From Candidatus Latescibacterota bacterium (GTDB taxonomy: Bacteria; Latescibacterota; UBA2968; UBA8231): 64,000 nt of DNA. The notes under the pieces were generated by a model that did no database searches, was not told the DNA's origin, and saw nothing but the letters and a program-made list of their open reading frames with translations. The position numbers were made by a program, and so were the translations under genes. The stretch spans positions 1,312,001 to 1,376,000 of the forward strand of contig OZ253462.1 of NCBI GenBank assembly GCA_965261395.1, written 5' to 3'. Positions 42,700 to 52,199 of this stretch are shown in pieces (within the stretch, counting starts at the first letter, position 1; every line of letters starts with the position of its first letter).

Positions 42700-43240
42700 T
42701 CGAGCCTTTGTCGGTATCCGGGTACCGGCAGTGCTGGGAAAGCTGAGCGACGCGATGCGACCGTTGTGGCCGGCGCAGGGTGTGAGTTGGGTATCGCCGG
42801 AGAACCTCCATCTGACGCTGCGCTTTCTCGGCGCGGCTGAGGACGGACAAATCGCCGCGCTGAGACAGGGGCTGACGGCGGTTGCCGCCCGGCACGAGGG
42901 GTTTGTCGCGACTACAGGGCAAAGCGGCTGTTTTCCCAATCGCCGCCGGCCGAAGGTTATTTGGGCTGGAGTGGCGGATGCGGACGGACGGTTGGGCGCG
43001 TTGCAACGGGATGTTGAAGAAGTGGTGTGCGCTGCTGGTTGGGAGCCGGAGGAACGGGCCTTCCGCTCGCACGTGACGCTGGGTCGGGTGCGAGCAGAGG
43101 TGCGCCCGCCACGCAGCAAGTGGGGCGGCGATCTGCCACCGTTGCAGGTTCCGGTGGAGGCGGTGGAGCTGATCGAAAGTGTGCTCAAGCCGACCGGAGC
43201 CGAGTATCGAACATTGCACCGAGCGGAACTCTCATTGTAA
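42689..43240 (+). CDS. thpR: RNA 2',3'-cyclic phosphodiesterase
   Basis: Two HxT motifs: NLHLTLRFLG and SHVTLGR. Confidence 0.88.
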   Translation: MPVSRAFVGIRVPAVLGKLSDAMRPLWPAQGVSWVSPENLHLTLRFLGAAEDGQIAALRQGLTAVAARHEGFVATTGQSGCFPNRRRPKVIWAGVADADGRLGALQRDVEEVVCAAGWEPEERAFRSHVTLGRVRAEVRPPRSKWGGDLPPLQVPVEAVELIESVLKPTGAEYRTLHRAELSL

Positions 43241-43251
43241 AGGAACTTTAT

Positions 43252-44013
43252 ATGCCCGGCCGACCCTACATCCTCGCCGAGACCAATTGGCAGACCGTAG
43301 AGCACACCCCGTACGAGGTGGCGATCCTGCCGTGGGGGGCGACGGAAGCCCACAATTACCACCTGCCCTACTCGACCGACGTGGTGCAGTGCGATGAAAT
43401 CGTCGCGGCTGCGGCTCGCATCGCCTGGGAGCAGGACGCCAAGGTCATCGTCTTGCCGACCGTGCCCTTTGGCGTCAACACCGGCCAGTTCGACATCAAG
43501 CTGGACCTCAATCTCAATCCCTCGACCCAACTCGCCGTCTTGCAAGACTTGGTCGAGGTGCTCGCCCATCAGGGCATTCCCAAACTGCTCATTGTGAACG
43601 GTCACGGCGGCAACGACTTCAAGCAGATGGTGCGGGAGCTTTTGCCGCGCTATGCGATATTTATTTGCTGCATGGATTGGTTTAGGATCGCCGATCAGGA
43701 ACTTTTCGCGGCTGGCGGCGACCACGCCAACGAGATGGAAACCAGCCTCATGCAATACTTGCGGCCGGATTGGGTACTGCCCCTGTCGGAGGCGGGCAGC
43801 GGCCACGAGCACAAGTTTAAGATTGCCGCGCTGCGGGAAGGCTGGGTTTGGACCCAGCGCGATTGGACGCAGGCGACCGACGACACAGGCATCGGCGACC
43901 CGCGCCAAGCCACCCCGGAAAAGGGCCGCCGCTGTTTGGAACAAGTGGCAGCCCAACTCGCCGGATTTTTGGTCGAATTGGCCACTGCTGACCTAGATGA
44001 CCTCTATGAATAA
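43252..44013 (+). CDS. Creatininase family protein
   Basis: PWGATEAH..HLP..TD, NGHGGN, DHANEMETS. Confidence 0.9.
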   Translation: MPGRPYILAETNWQTVEHTPYEVAILPWGATEAHNYHLPYSTDVVQCDEIVAAAARIAWEQDAKVIVLPTVPFGVNTGQFDIKLDLNLNPSTQLAVLQDLVEVLAHQGIPKLLIVNGHGGNDFKQMVRELLPRYAIFICCMDWFRIADQELFAAGGDHANEMETSLMQYLRPDWVLPLSEAGSGHEHKFKIAALREGWVWTQRDWTQATDDTGIGDPRQATPEKGRRCLEQVAAQLAGFLVELATADLDDLYE

Positions 44014-45085
44014 GGCCATGCAGTTCTACGCGTTCGTCGCCCCCGGGCTAGAGCAAATCGCCCAACGAGAAATCGCCGCGCGCTTGGGGGCCGAGCGACA
44101 GGGCCGGCAGCGCGGCGTGGTGTTCTTTGCGACGGATGCCCCGCCGCAAGACTTACTCGCCTTGGGGACGACCGAGGATGTGTTCGCGCTAGTGGCTCGT
44201 GGCCCGGTGGATGCGGGGCGCGAGGGCTTGGAAAAGGCTGGCGCACTCGTCGCGGAGTCGCCGCTTTTTGAGGAGGCCGTGGGCGCGCATCGCCGCGCTC
44301 GTCCCAAGCGGATCAAGCGCATTACCTATCGGATTGTGGCCCAGCGTCGCAGCGGGCAGCAGCGCTATGTGCGCCAAGAGATGCGCCGCGCTTTGCAGCA
44401 GGCCATCGCTTGGCGTTTCCCGAGTTGGAAGCACGTGGCTGAGCAAGCGCTGTTGGAGGTGTGGGGTTTGGAGGCTGCGGGCGAGCTGATCTGCGGAGTG
44501 CGCCTTTCCGACGGGACTATGCGCCACCGCACCTACAAGGTTGCGCAAGTGGAGGCTTCGCTGCGGCCGACGGTGGCGCGGGCCTTAGTGATGCTATCCG
44601 AGCCGGAGGATGGCGACGTTTTTCTCGACCCCATGTGCGGGGCTGGGACCATTCTCATTGAGCGGGGGCTGCACGGCCGCTACGCCCAGCTTTTGGGCGG
44701 CGACATTCGCCCGGACGCTGTGGCTGCCGCCCGCACGAATATTGGCCCGCGCTACAAGCCGATTGCCATTCGCGAATGGGATGTGCGGGATTTGCCCTTG
44801 GGCGACGGCAGCGTAGATCGGGTGGTGTGCAACTTGCCATTTGGCAAAAAGATCGGCGGGTCGCAAGCGCTGCGCCCGCTCTACAAGGGCTTTGCTAGCG
44901 AGGTAGCAAGAGTGCTAAAGGCTGGTGGAGTGGCCGTGTGCCTGACTAGCGAGCGCGCCTTGCTGGCCGAAGCATTCGGCGCATGGCCGGGGCTGTACAT
45001 GGAGCGCGTGTTCCCGGTCGAAGTGCTGGGGCAACAGGCGTTTTGCTGTAAACTGTGTAAACTGAATAAACGCGCTGATCGTTAG
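44006..45085 (+). CDS. THUMP-domain RNA methyltransferase (UPF0020-like)
   Basis: ASLRPTVA, LDPMCGAGTILIE, CNLPFG. Confidence 0.85.
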   Translation: MNKAMQFYAFVAPGLEQIAQREIAARLGAERQGRQRGVVFFATDAPPQDLLALGTTEDVFALVARGPVDAGREGLEKAGALVAESPLFEEAVGAHRRARPKRIKRITYRIVAQRRSGQQRYVRQEMRRALQQAIAWRFPSWKHVAEQALLEVWGLEAAGELICGVRLSDGTMRHRTYKVAQVEASLRPTVARALVMLSEPEDGDVFLDPMCGAGTILIERGLHGRYAQLLGGDIRPDAVAAARTNIGPRYKPIAIREWDVRDLPLGDGSVDRVVCNLPFGKKIGGSQALRPLYKGFASEVARVLKAGGVAVCLTSERALLAEAFGAWPGLYMERVFPVEVLGQQAFCCKLCKLNKRADR

Positions 45086-45127
45086 AGCGGCGCATGAGAC
45101 ATTACATCAACCATAAAGGAGATTGTC

Positions 45128-45916
45128 ATGGCTGATTTTACGGGCCAAGTAGTTATCGTAACTGGCGGTGCCAAGGGTATTGGTGGGGGGATTTCTCGGG
45201 CGTTCGCTGGCCAGGGGGCGAAGGTTGCAGCATTGGACATAGACGCGGAGGCTGGCGCGGCCTTGGCCGAGGAGGAGGGCCAGATCCGCTTTTTTGAGGC
45301 CGACGTGGCCAGCGACGAGGTCTGCGCCCAGACCGTGGGACAGATCATCGAGGATTGGGGCCGCGTTGACGTGTTGTGCAACAACGTCGGCATCCAGCCT
45401 GTGCCCAGCTATTTGCCAGCCCACGAGCTGCCGATAGAAATGTGGGATCGGATCATTGACGTCAATCTGAAAAGTTTCTTCCTGATGGCCAGGCACTGCC
45501 TGCCGCAGATGATGGAGCAGCGCAAGGGGGTCATCATCAACACGGCCAGCGTCCAGGGATTGCAGTCGGCGTCGATGGTTTCGGCTTATGCCGCGAGCAA
45601 GGGGGGGATTATTTCTCTGACGCGGCAGCTTGCGCTCGACTACGCCCGGTACGGGATTCGGGTTTTAGCGGTCAACCCAGGGGGTATTCAGACGCCGTTG
45701 GTCGATGAGGTGATTGAGGCATTCGGCCACGAGCGCGAGCAATTCTTCAAGGATTACGCCAAGATCCATCCGATCGGCCGATACGGGCAGCCGGAGGACA
45801 TTGCCAATGCCGTGCTGTTCTTAGCTAGCGACAAGGCATCGTTTATGACTGGCGAGAATGTCTGCGTCGATGGGGGGCTGATGGCTAAGGGGGCGTGGGC
45901 TGAGGTTGAGGAGTGA
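45128..45916 (+). CDS. SDR family oxidoreductase
   Basis: TGGAKGIG, NNVG, YAASK. Confidence 0.93.
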   Translation: MADFTGQVVIVTGGAKGIGGGISRAFAGQGAKVAALDIDAEAGAALAEEEGQIRFFEADVASDEVCAQTVGQIIEDWGRVDVLCNNVGIQPVPSYLPAHELPIEMWDRIIDVNLKSFFLMARHCLPQMMEQRKGVIINTASVQGLQSASMVSAYAASKGGIISLTRQLALDYARYGIRVLAVNPGGIQTPLVDEVIEAFGHEREQFFKDYAKIHPIGRYGQPEDIANAVLFLASDKASFMTGENVCVDGGLMAKGAWAEVEE

Positions 45917-45965
45917 GAAGGTCGGGATTGTCGCCGAAGTAGTTTAGTCAAGAAGAAATAGATAT

Positions 45966-48900
45966 ATGCCCGGCCAATTGTTCACTCATTACTTCCTTAC
46001 CGACGGCATAAAGGCTACGGCTGAGTGGCAAGCGTCTCTGGGCCAGCCGGAAGCGTTTGCTGCGTTTAGGAACGGCGTTACTCGACATCACGACGCCCTC
46101 AGCCGTTCCCGAAATCCCAACGAAGCCCGCACGGAGGAGGAACTGATTCGTCCGGTTCTGGAGCTTTTGGGATGGACCGAGTACGTGCCGCAGCCAAGCG
46201 CCGCTGGCCATGAGGACATTCCCGATCATCTGCTTTTCGCTGACGCCGAATCCAAGGTGCGGGCCGGGAATCCCTTCCAGAGCGCGACAGTAGTTGAAGA
46301 GAGCAAGCGCTTTGGGCTTGCTCTCGACAGCCGGGATCGGAATGACCGGGCGCAGCGTGGGACACCGCATGGTCAGATTCTCCGATACTTGGCGACGGCT
46401 GAGATCGAGTCGGAGGGGCACATTCGTTGGGGCATTCTTACCAATGGCAGCGTCTGGCGGCTCTACGACTATCGAGCCCGTCCGCGCGCCAGTGGTTTCT
46501 TTGAAGCCGACTTGGCAGAACTGCTCAAGCCCGGCAAGGAAGACGATCTCCGCGTTTTTCATCTGCTGTTTCGCCGCGAGTCCTTCATGCTCCGGGAAGG
46601 GGCCACGACCACGTTCCTTGAAGCGGCGTTGGCTGAGGGTCGGCGCTATGAGGAACAGGTCGCGCAGGATCTTTCGGGGGTGGTGTTTGAGCGGGTGTTT
46701 CCCAGCCTCGTCAATGCGCTTGCGAAGAAATCGGGGGGAAGCCTCGTCGAGAGTCGGGATGCGGCGTTGATCTTCCTCTATCGGCTGCTGTTTGTGCTCT
46801 ATGCCGAGGACCGGGGGCTGCTGCCGGTCAACGACGCGCGGTACGACGACTATGGTTTGCGAAAGCCTGTCCGCGACGAGATTGCGAGCAGGATGGCGGC
46901 TGATGACACGTACTCGGCGATTGCTACCAATTATTACGACCATCTGACGACGTTGTTCAAGCTCATTGACAAGGGCGACGAGTCCATCGGTCTGCCGCCC
47001 TACAACGGTGGGCTGTTCGCGGTGGAAGCAGCGCCCTTGCTGGAAGCGGTCCGCTTGGACGACAAAGAAATCGCGCCCATCATCTACGATCTGAGCCACG
47101 CTGAGGATTCGCAGGGCGTGCGGCGCTTTGTCAACTACCGCGACATGTCCGTGCAGCAGCTTGGCTCGATCTACGAGCGGCTGCTGGAGCGCGAGCCGGT
47201 GCGCGATGACGACGGCAACATTTCCATTCGTCCCAATCCGTATGCCCGCAAGGACAGCGGCAGTTTTTATACCTCTCAGGAACTCGTCGATCTGATTGTC
47301 GAGCGGACCTTGAAGCCGCTGGCCGAAGAGCGGCTGCAAGCCTTTGAGGACAAGGCCGCCGTGCTCAAAAGCGAACGCCGATCTAAGGAGGAACGACGGG
47401 CAGAGCTTGAGCAGCTTGACCCAGCAGAGGCCGTATTAGACCTCAAAGTTCTGGACCCGGCGATGGGTAGCGGACACTTCCTCGTCACGGCGGTGGATTT
47501 TCTGTCTGACTACATCGCCGAGTTGATCGAGCGCGTCCCCGAAATTCCGGAATGGTTGGATGGCGAGTACGCGTCGCCGCTGGTGGGGCGCGTGGCGGCG
47601 ATTCGGGATGACATTCGCAAACGGGCCGACGAATCGAATTGGGTCTTGGACGAGGCGCAGCTTACCGACCAAGCCATTATCCGCCGCATGGTGCTCAAGC
47701 GCTGCATTTACGGGGTGGATAAGAATCGGCTGACGGTCGAGTTGGCTAAGGTATCGCTGTGGCTGCACAGTTTTACGGTGGGTGCGCCGTTGTCCTTCCT
47801 CGATCACCATTTGCGTTGCGGCGACTCGCTGGTTGGTCTGCGAGTGCGGGACGCCACCGATGAGCTGCACCGGCTCGGCGGGATGTTTGCCGGTAGCGCC
47901 ATTGCCGGGGCGGAGACGGCTACCGACGGGATGCAGCGCATTGAGGAGATGTCCGACGCGGATGTTGCGGAGGTGCAGGAATCGGCAGTGCTGTTCGACG
48001 GGGTGGAGAAGACGACCGCTGATCTGCGCGGCTTGCTCGACTTTTTGTGCGGTTGGCGTTGGCTGACGGCTGGAATGAAGAAGAAAGAACGCGATGAATT
48101 TGAGGGGCCGTTGGTTACGACGCTCGGCCAGCATACGGCGGATGCTTACGAGCTTTTGGCGCGCGGGCCGGAGGAGATGGGTGTTGCCGACGACACGCGG
48201 TTTGCCGAGTTGTGGCGCGCGGCGCGAACTATTGCCAACCGCGAGGGCTTCCTGCATTGGGAGGTCGTCTTTCCGGGGGTGTGGCATCGGTGGCAGGAAA
48301 GCCGTCCGCAAGGCGGCTTTGACGCGGTTATTGGCAATCCGCCGTGGGATCGGATCAAGCTGCAAGAGGTCGAGTGGTTTGCCACCCGCGCTCACGACCT
48401 CGCGCTGGCACCGACGGCGGCTGCGCGACGAAAGGGCATTCAGCAGTTGCGCGATCAGGGAGCGTCCCTTGCGGCCGAATTCGACGCGGCCAAGGCGCAG
48501 TCCGAGAGTCTGAGCCAGATGGTGCGCTCCGGTGGCGACTACCCGTTGCTCAGCGGCGGCGACATCAACCTGTACTCGCTGTTCGTCGAGCGGTCCATGA
48601 GCCTGATTAAGCCGGATGGCTTTGTCGGCTTGCTGACTCCGTCGGGCATTTACGCCGACAAGACGGCGGCCCGGTTTTTCCAGTCTGTTTCGACCAACGG
48701 ACGGGTGGGCGGCCTATTCGATTTTGAAAACCGTCGTCTTGGAACCGACCTGCCGCCTTTCTTCCCGGATGTGGACTCCCGCTTCAAATTCTGCGCCCTC
48801 ATCTTGGGTGGTGAGGAGCGACGATCCGACCAGACCGAATGCGCCTTCTTTCTGCACGACACGAAAACGATCCATGACGAAGACCGCTGCTTTCCATTGA

Positions 48901-49970
48901 CGCCGGACGATTTCGCCCGCGTGAATCCGAATACTGGCACTGCGCCCGTGTTTCGCCGACGACGGGACGCCGAGATCACTCGTAGAATCTACGAGAGGCA
49001 TCCAGTGTTGGTGAAGTGTTTGCAAAATAAAAAGAAGCGCGTGTGGCCGGTGAAGTACACGACGATGTTTCACATGACCAACGACTCCCACCATTTCAGG
49101 ACGGCTGAACAACTCGATGTGGAAGGTTTCTATCCTGTCGAAGGCAATCGTTGGAAGAAAGGCGAGGAGCTCTATTTGCCGCTGTATGAAGGTAAGATGG
49201 TGCAGGCATTCGACCATCGCGCCGCTAGCGTCGTGGTCAACCCAGAGAACCTGAATCGTCCGGCCCAACCCCGCGAAGCTACCGACGAAGAACACGCCAA
49301 CCCAAATTGGCTACCGGAACATCAATACTGGGTGCCGGCATCTGAATGTGGCTGGACTTCGGGATCGAATTGGGTCTTGGGATTCAAAGAAATCACAGCG
49401 CCTACAAATGTGAGGACATTTATCGCCGCGCTTTTTCCTGCGGTCGGATTCGGGAACAAGGTGCCGATTCTCAAGCCGGGAAAGACAGACCGCAACGAAT
49501 GGTTGCTGGCTGCTAATCTCAACGCGATGTCTTTCGACTTCGTGACGCGGCAAAAAGTCCAAGGCCAGACTCTAAACCTGTTCATCGTTGAACAACTCCC
49601 CGTCATCGCCCCCGCCGACTACGACCGCTCCTTTGGCGCGACGACCGCCCGCGACCTCGTCCGCGACCTCGTGCTCCGCCTCACGTACACCGCCCACGAC
49701 ATGGCTCCCTTCGCCCGCGACCTCGGCTACGACGGCGAGCCCTTCATCTGGGACGAAGAGGAACGCCGCCACCTCCGCGCCCGCCTCGACGCCCTCTACT
49801 TCCACCTCTACGGCCTGTCGCGGGACGACGCCGAATACGTGCTCGACACCTTCCCAATCGTCCGCCGCGAAGACGAAGCAGCCTGCGGAAAATACCGCAC
49901 CCGCGATATGACGCTGGCCTACATGAATGCGCTGGCAGCGGGAGATACGGAGACGAGGGTGGCGGTGTAG
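45966..49970 (+). CDS. Type IIG (Eco57I-like) fused restriction endonuclease / N6-adenine methyltransferase
   Basis: N-terminal PD...EESKR, WGILTNGSVWRLY; RKDSGSFYT, LDPAMGSGHF, GNPPW; C-terminal recognition region. Confidence 0.9.
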   Translation: MPGQLFTHYFLTDGIKATAEWQASLGQPEAFAAFRNGVTRHHDALSRSRNPNEARTEEELIRPVLELLGWTEYVPQPSAAGHEDIPDHLLFADAESKVRAGNPFQSATVVEESKRFGLALDSRDRNDRAQRGTPHGQILRYLATAEIESEGHIRWGILTNGSVWRLYDYRARPRASGFFEADLAELLKPGKEDDLRVFHLLFRRESFMLREGATTTFLEAALAEGRRYEEQVAQDLSGVVFERVFPSLVNALAKKSGGSLVESRDAALIFLYRLLFVLYAEDRGLLPVNDARYDDYGLRKPVRDEIASRMAADDTYSAIATNYYDHLTTLFKLIDKGDESIGLPPYNGGLFAVEAAPLLEAVRLDDKEIAPIIYDLSHAEDSQGVRRFVNYRDMSVQQLGSIYERLLEREPVRDDDGNISIRPNPYARKDSGSFYTSQELVDLIVERTLKPLAEERLQAFEDKAAVLKSERRSKEERRAELEQLDPAEAVLDLKVLDPAMGSGHFLVTAVDFLSDYIAELIERVPEIPEWLDGEYASPLVGRVAAIRDDIRKRADESNWVLDEAQLTDQAIIRRMVLKRCIYGVDKNRLTVELAKVSLWLHSFTVGAPLSFLDHHLRCGDSLVGLRVRDATDELHRLGGMFAGSAIAGAETATDGMQRIEEMSDADVAEVQESAVLFDGVEKTTADLRGLLDFLCGWRWLTAGMKKKERDEFEGPLVTTLGQHTADAYELLARGPEEMGVADDTRFAELWRAARTIANREGFLHWEVVFPGVWHRWQESRPQGGFDAVIGNPPWDRIKLQEVEWFATRAHDLALAPTAAARRKGIQQLRDQGASLAAEFDAAKAQSESLSQMVRSGGDYPLLSGGDINLYSLFVERSMSLIKPDGFVGLLTPSGIYADKTAARFFQSVSTNGRVGGLFDFENRRLGTDLPPFFPDVDSRFKFCALILGGEERRSDQTECAFFLHDTKTIHDEDRCFPLTPDDFARVNPNTGTAPVFRRRRDAEITRRIYERHPVLVKCLQNKKKRVWPVKYTTMFHMTNDSHHFRTAEQLDVEGFYPVEGNRWKKGEELYLPLYEGKMVQAFDHRAASVVVNPENLNRPAQPREATDEEHANPNWLPEHQYWVPASECGWTSGSNWVLGFKEITAPTNVRTFIAALFPAVGFGNKVPILKPGKTDRNEWLLAANLNAMSFDFVTRQKVQGQTLNLFIVEQLPVIAPADYDRSFGATTARDLVRDLVLRLTYTAHDMAPFARDLGYDGEPFIWDEEERRHLRARLDALYFHLYGLSRDDAEYVLDTFPIVRREDEAACGKYRTRDMTLAYMNALAAGDTETRVAV

Positions 49971-50131
49971 ATTGGCGACAGCGGCGGTGCTTGACAGGGT
50001 TCGGGCGATCCGAGACGTTAAGCGTGACAGGCTTTTGGGACGGGGCAGTATCCATTCAACAGCTTCACTGAAGAGTGAACGCGGATTCCTGCAACAATGC
50101 CTATAATTACATACTACATGGAGTCCGTAGC

Positions 50132-50410
50132 ATGGATATCGGATATGTATGGGATAAAAATAAATATCAAGAAGTTCAAAGGAAGCACCAAGTCCAGTTT
50201 TATGAGGCCGTTTCCGCATTTGATGATCCAGACGGATACGAGGCCTCGGATCCAGCAGGGCATGAAGATCGGTGGATTCGGATAGGGGCAACCGCCAGTG
50301 GTCGAGTATTAGCCATAGTTTGCTCCGAAGAAGATTTACCGATCTACCGTTTTATCACCGCATTTGATGCAGAAGGAAGATGGCTCGATGGATACTACAC
50401 AAGAGACTGA
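50132..50410 (+). CDS. BrnT family toxin
   Basis: YVWDKNK.....RKHQVQFYEAVSAFDDP, EDRWIRIG, RFITA. Confidence 0.85.
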   Translation: MDIGYVWDKNKYQEVQRKHQVQFYEAVSAFDDPDGYEASDPAGHEDRWIRIGATASGRVLAIVCSEEDLPIYRFITAFDAEGRWLDGYYTRD

Positions 50411-51626
50411 ATTTGACTATCAAACGCATATGAAAGAAAGCGCACAAGGACCAAGCAAAATTAATCGTGGAACAGAGGCGCGTGAAAAACGACGTGAGGC
50501 TGCCGAGGAGCGGCTTTCCCAAAGCGGCCAGTTAAGCAGAGTTTTAGAAAAAATCCAAGAGATAGCGGAAACATCGGCTGACGGAGACCACATATACCGT
50601 GGAGAACCTAAGCACTATAAGAAAGTGTCTTCAAGTCTTTATCGTAAATATGGGGATATTGATGCAGAGCATTTTAATATTGAAATTGTCCAGAAAGAAA
50701 TTCTGAAGGAAGCCAAAAAATACACTAGCGAAACCGATGACTTTGAAATACTGACCGAACTCCAACACTACGGTGGCGCTACCAACCTGATAGATTTCAC
50801 CACTGATTGTCTCATAGCTCTTTTCTTTGCTTGCGAGGGCTCTGAATTTTTAGAAAAAGATGGTAGGGTTATCTTGTTGCAGAACACCAAGGAGGTGAAC
50901 AAATGGATTCAGTTCCCTCAGAATCCAAGAAACCGCATCATAGCCCAGAAAAGTATATTCGTTCTTCCACCTAATGGCTTTATTGAACCAGATCATGTAA
51001 TCAACATTCCAAAAGACATTAAATCTCCCATGTTAGATCACTTACGGAAATACCACGGCATATCTACGGAGACCATATACAACGACCTCCATGGTTTCAT
51101 CATATACCAAAGCGTTCATCAAAGTGCCTCTGTAGAGTTTTACGCTGGTCTTACTTATCATAGGAAAAAAGACTGCCTCAAAGCCATCGAACATTATAGC
51201 AAATCTATTGAACTCGATCCGCGAAAATCCTCTGCCTATTACAATCGAGGTATTGCTTATTTCGAAAAAGGTGCGTATGATCGTGCCTTCGAAGACTATA
51301 ATAAGGCAATAGAATTGGATCCAAAGTTTGCCGATGCTTTTAACAATCGCGGCAATGTTCACCTCGCAAAAGGTGCGTATGATCGTGCCTTCGAAGACTA
51401 TAATAAGGCAATAGAACTAAAGGATGTCGCGGCCTATTACAATCGTAGTCTATGTTGGCTACACTGGCAAAATTGGCAAGAAGCCAAATCCGACCTAACT
51501 GTTGCCAAAAGCATGGGTATGGATATTATTGCGGCATTTCGTAAAAATTGCGAAAACATTGAGGAATTTGAGGAGAAAATTAGTGTTAAATTGCCGGAAG
51601 ATATCGCAGCCATGCTAACGCCATAA
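50388..51626 (+). CDS. FRG-domain + TPR protein with antitoxin-like N-terminal extension
   Basis: IYRGE, LQHYGGATNLIDFT....IALFFAC, RIIAQKS.F; 3-4 TPRs (AYYNRG); start overlaps the brnT 3' end. Confidence 0.85.
   Translation: MDTTQETEFDYQTHMKESAQGPSKINRGTEAREKRREAAEERLSQSGQLSRVLEKIQEIAETSADGDHIYRGEPKHYKKVSSSLYRKYGDIDAEHFNIEIVQKEILKEAKKYTSETDDFEILTELQHYGGATNLIDFTTDCLIALFFACEGSEFLEKDGRVILLQNTKEVNKWIQFPQNPRNRIIAQKSIFVLPPNGFIEPDHVINIPKDIKSPMLDHLRKYHGISTETIYNDLHGFIIYQSVHQSASVEFYAGLTYHRKKDCLKAIEHYSKSIELDPRKSSAYYNRGIAYFEKGAYDRAFEDYNKAIELDPKFADAFNNRGNVHLAKGAYDRAFEDYNKAIELKDVAAYYNRSLCWLHWQNWQEAKSDLTVAKSMGMDIIAAFRKNCENIEEFEEKISVKLPEDIAAMLTP
51266..51416 (+). repeat. 49-bp identical direct repeat with 102-bp (34-aa TPR) period
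   Basis: 51266-51314 = 51368-51416 (KGAYDRAFEDYNKAIE). Confidence 0.9.
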
Positions 51627-51641
51627 TGAAGACACGACGAG

Positions 51642-51908
51642 ATGAAGAGAACATTGACCATTGACTACAGCGATGAGGTTCTACTGGCTCTCGGATGTTC
51701 ACCCAAGTAGTTCAACGAAGAGGCCAAGCTCCTCGTCGCTATCAAGCTCTACAAGTTGGGACGGTTGTCCTCGGGGGCCGCAGCCAAACTGGCCGACATT
51801 CCCAAGCCATTATTCCTGATGAAGTTAGCCGACTACGGTGTCGATGCCTTCCACCTGACCGAGGCAGACCTCCGACAGGACTTGGCTAGTGTCCGACATC
51901 ATCTGTGA
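51642..51908 (+). pseudogene. UPF0175 family antitoxin-like gene with internal stop
   Basis: MKRTLTIDYSDEVLLALG...*...AIKLYKLGRLSSGAAAKLADI; TAG at 51708-51710. Confidence 0.8.
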
Positions 51909-51942
51909 AGGCTATCAAAGCCGCTATCGAGGAGTCGAAAAA

Positions 51943-52182
51943 ATGAAGATGGGCTCCCGTTACGTCAAAATAGTGGAATGGTCTGCTGAAGATCAGTGCT
52001 ATGTTGGCAGTTGTCCGGGTCTCTTTTACGGTGGATGTCACGGTGATAACGAACAAGAAGTGTTTTCAGAACTGTGTCGCATCGTTGAAGAGACAATTGA
52101 ACTATACAGGCAAGACGGCAGGTCATTACCTTCACCGATATCCGGTAAGGACTATGCCAACAAGATGTTAGAAATTGCCTGA
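51943..52182 (+). CDS. HicB-like antitoxin
   Basis: YVKIVEWSAEDQCYVGSCPGL..GGCHGD.E.EV..EL. Confidence 0.8.
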   Translation: MKMGSRYVKIVEWSAEDQCYVGSCPGLFYGGCHGDNEQEVFSELCRIVEETIELYRQDGRSLPSPISGKDYANKMLEIA

Positions 52183-52199
52183 CAGGCCGCTGTAGTTAA

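Noticed and set aside
45966-49970. BREX or DISARM system
   Set aside because: No pglZ, brxC or drm helicase genes are adjacent; a stand-alone type IIG enzyme is the simpler call.
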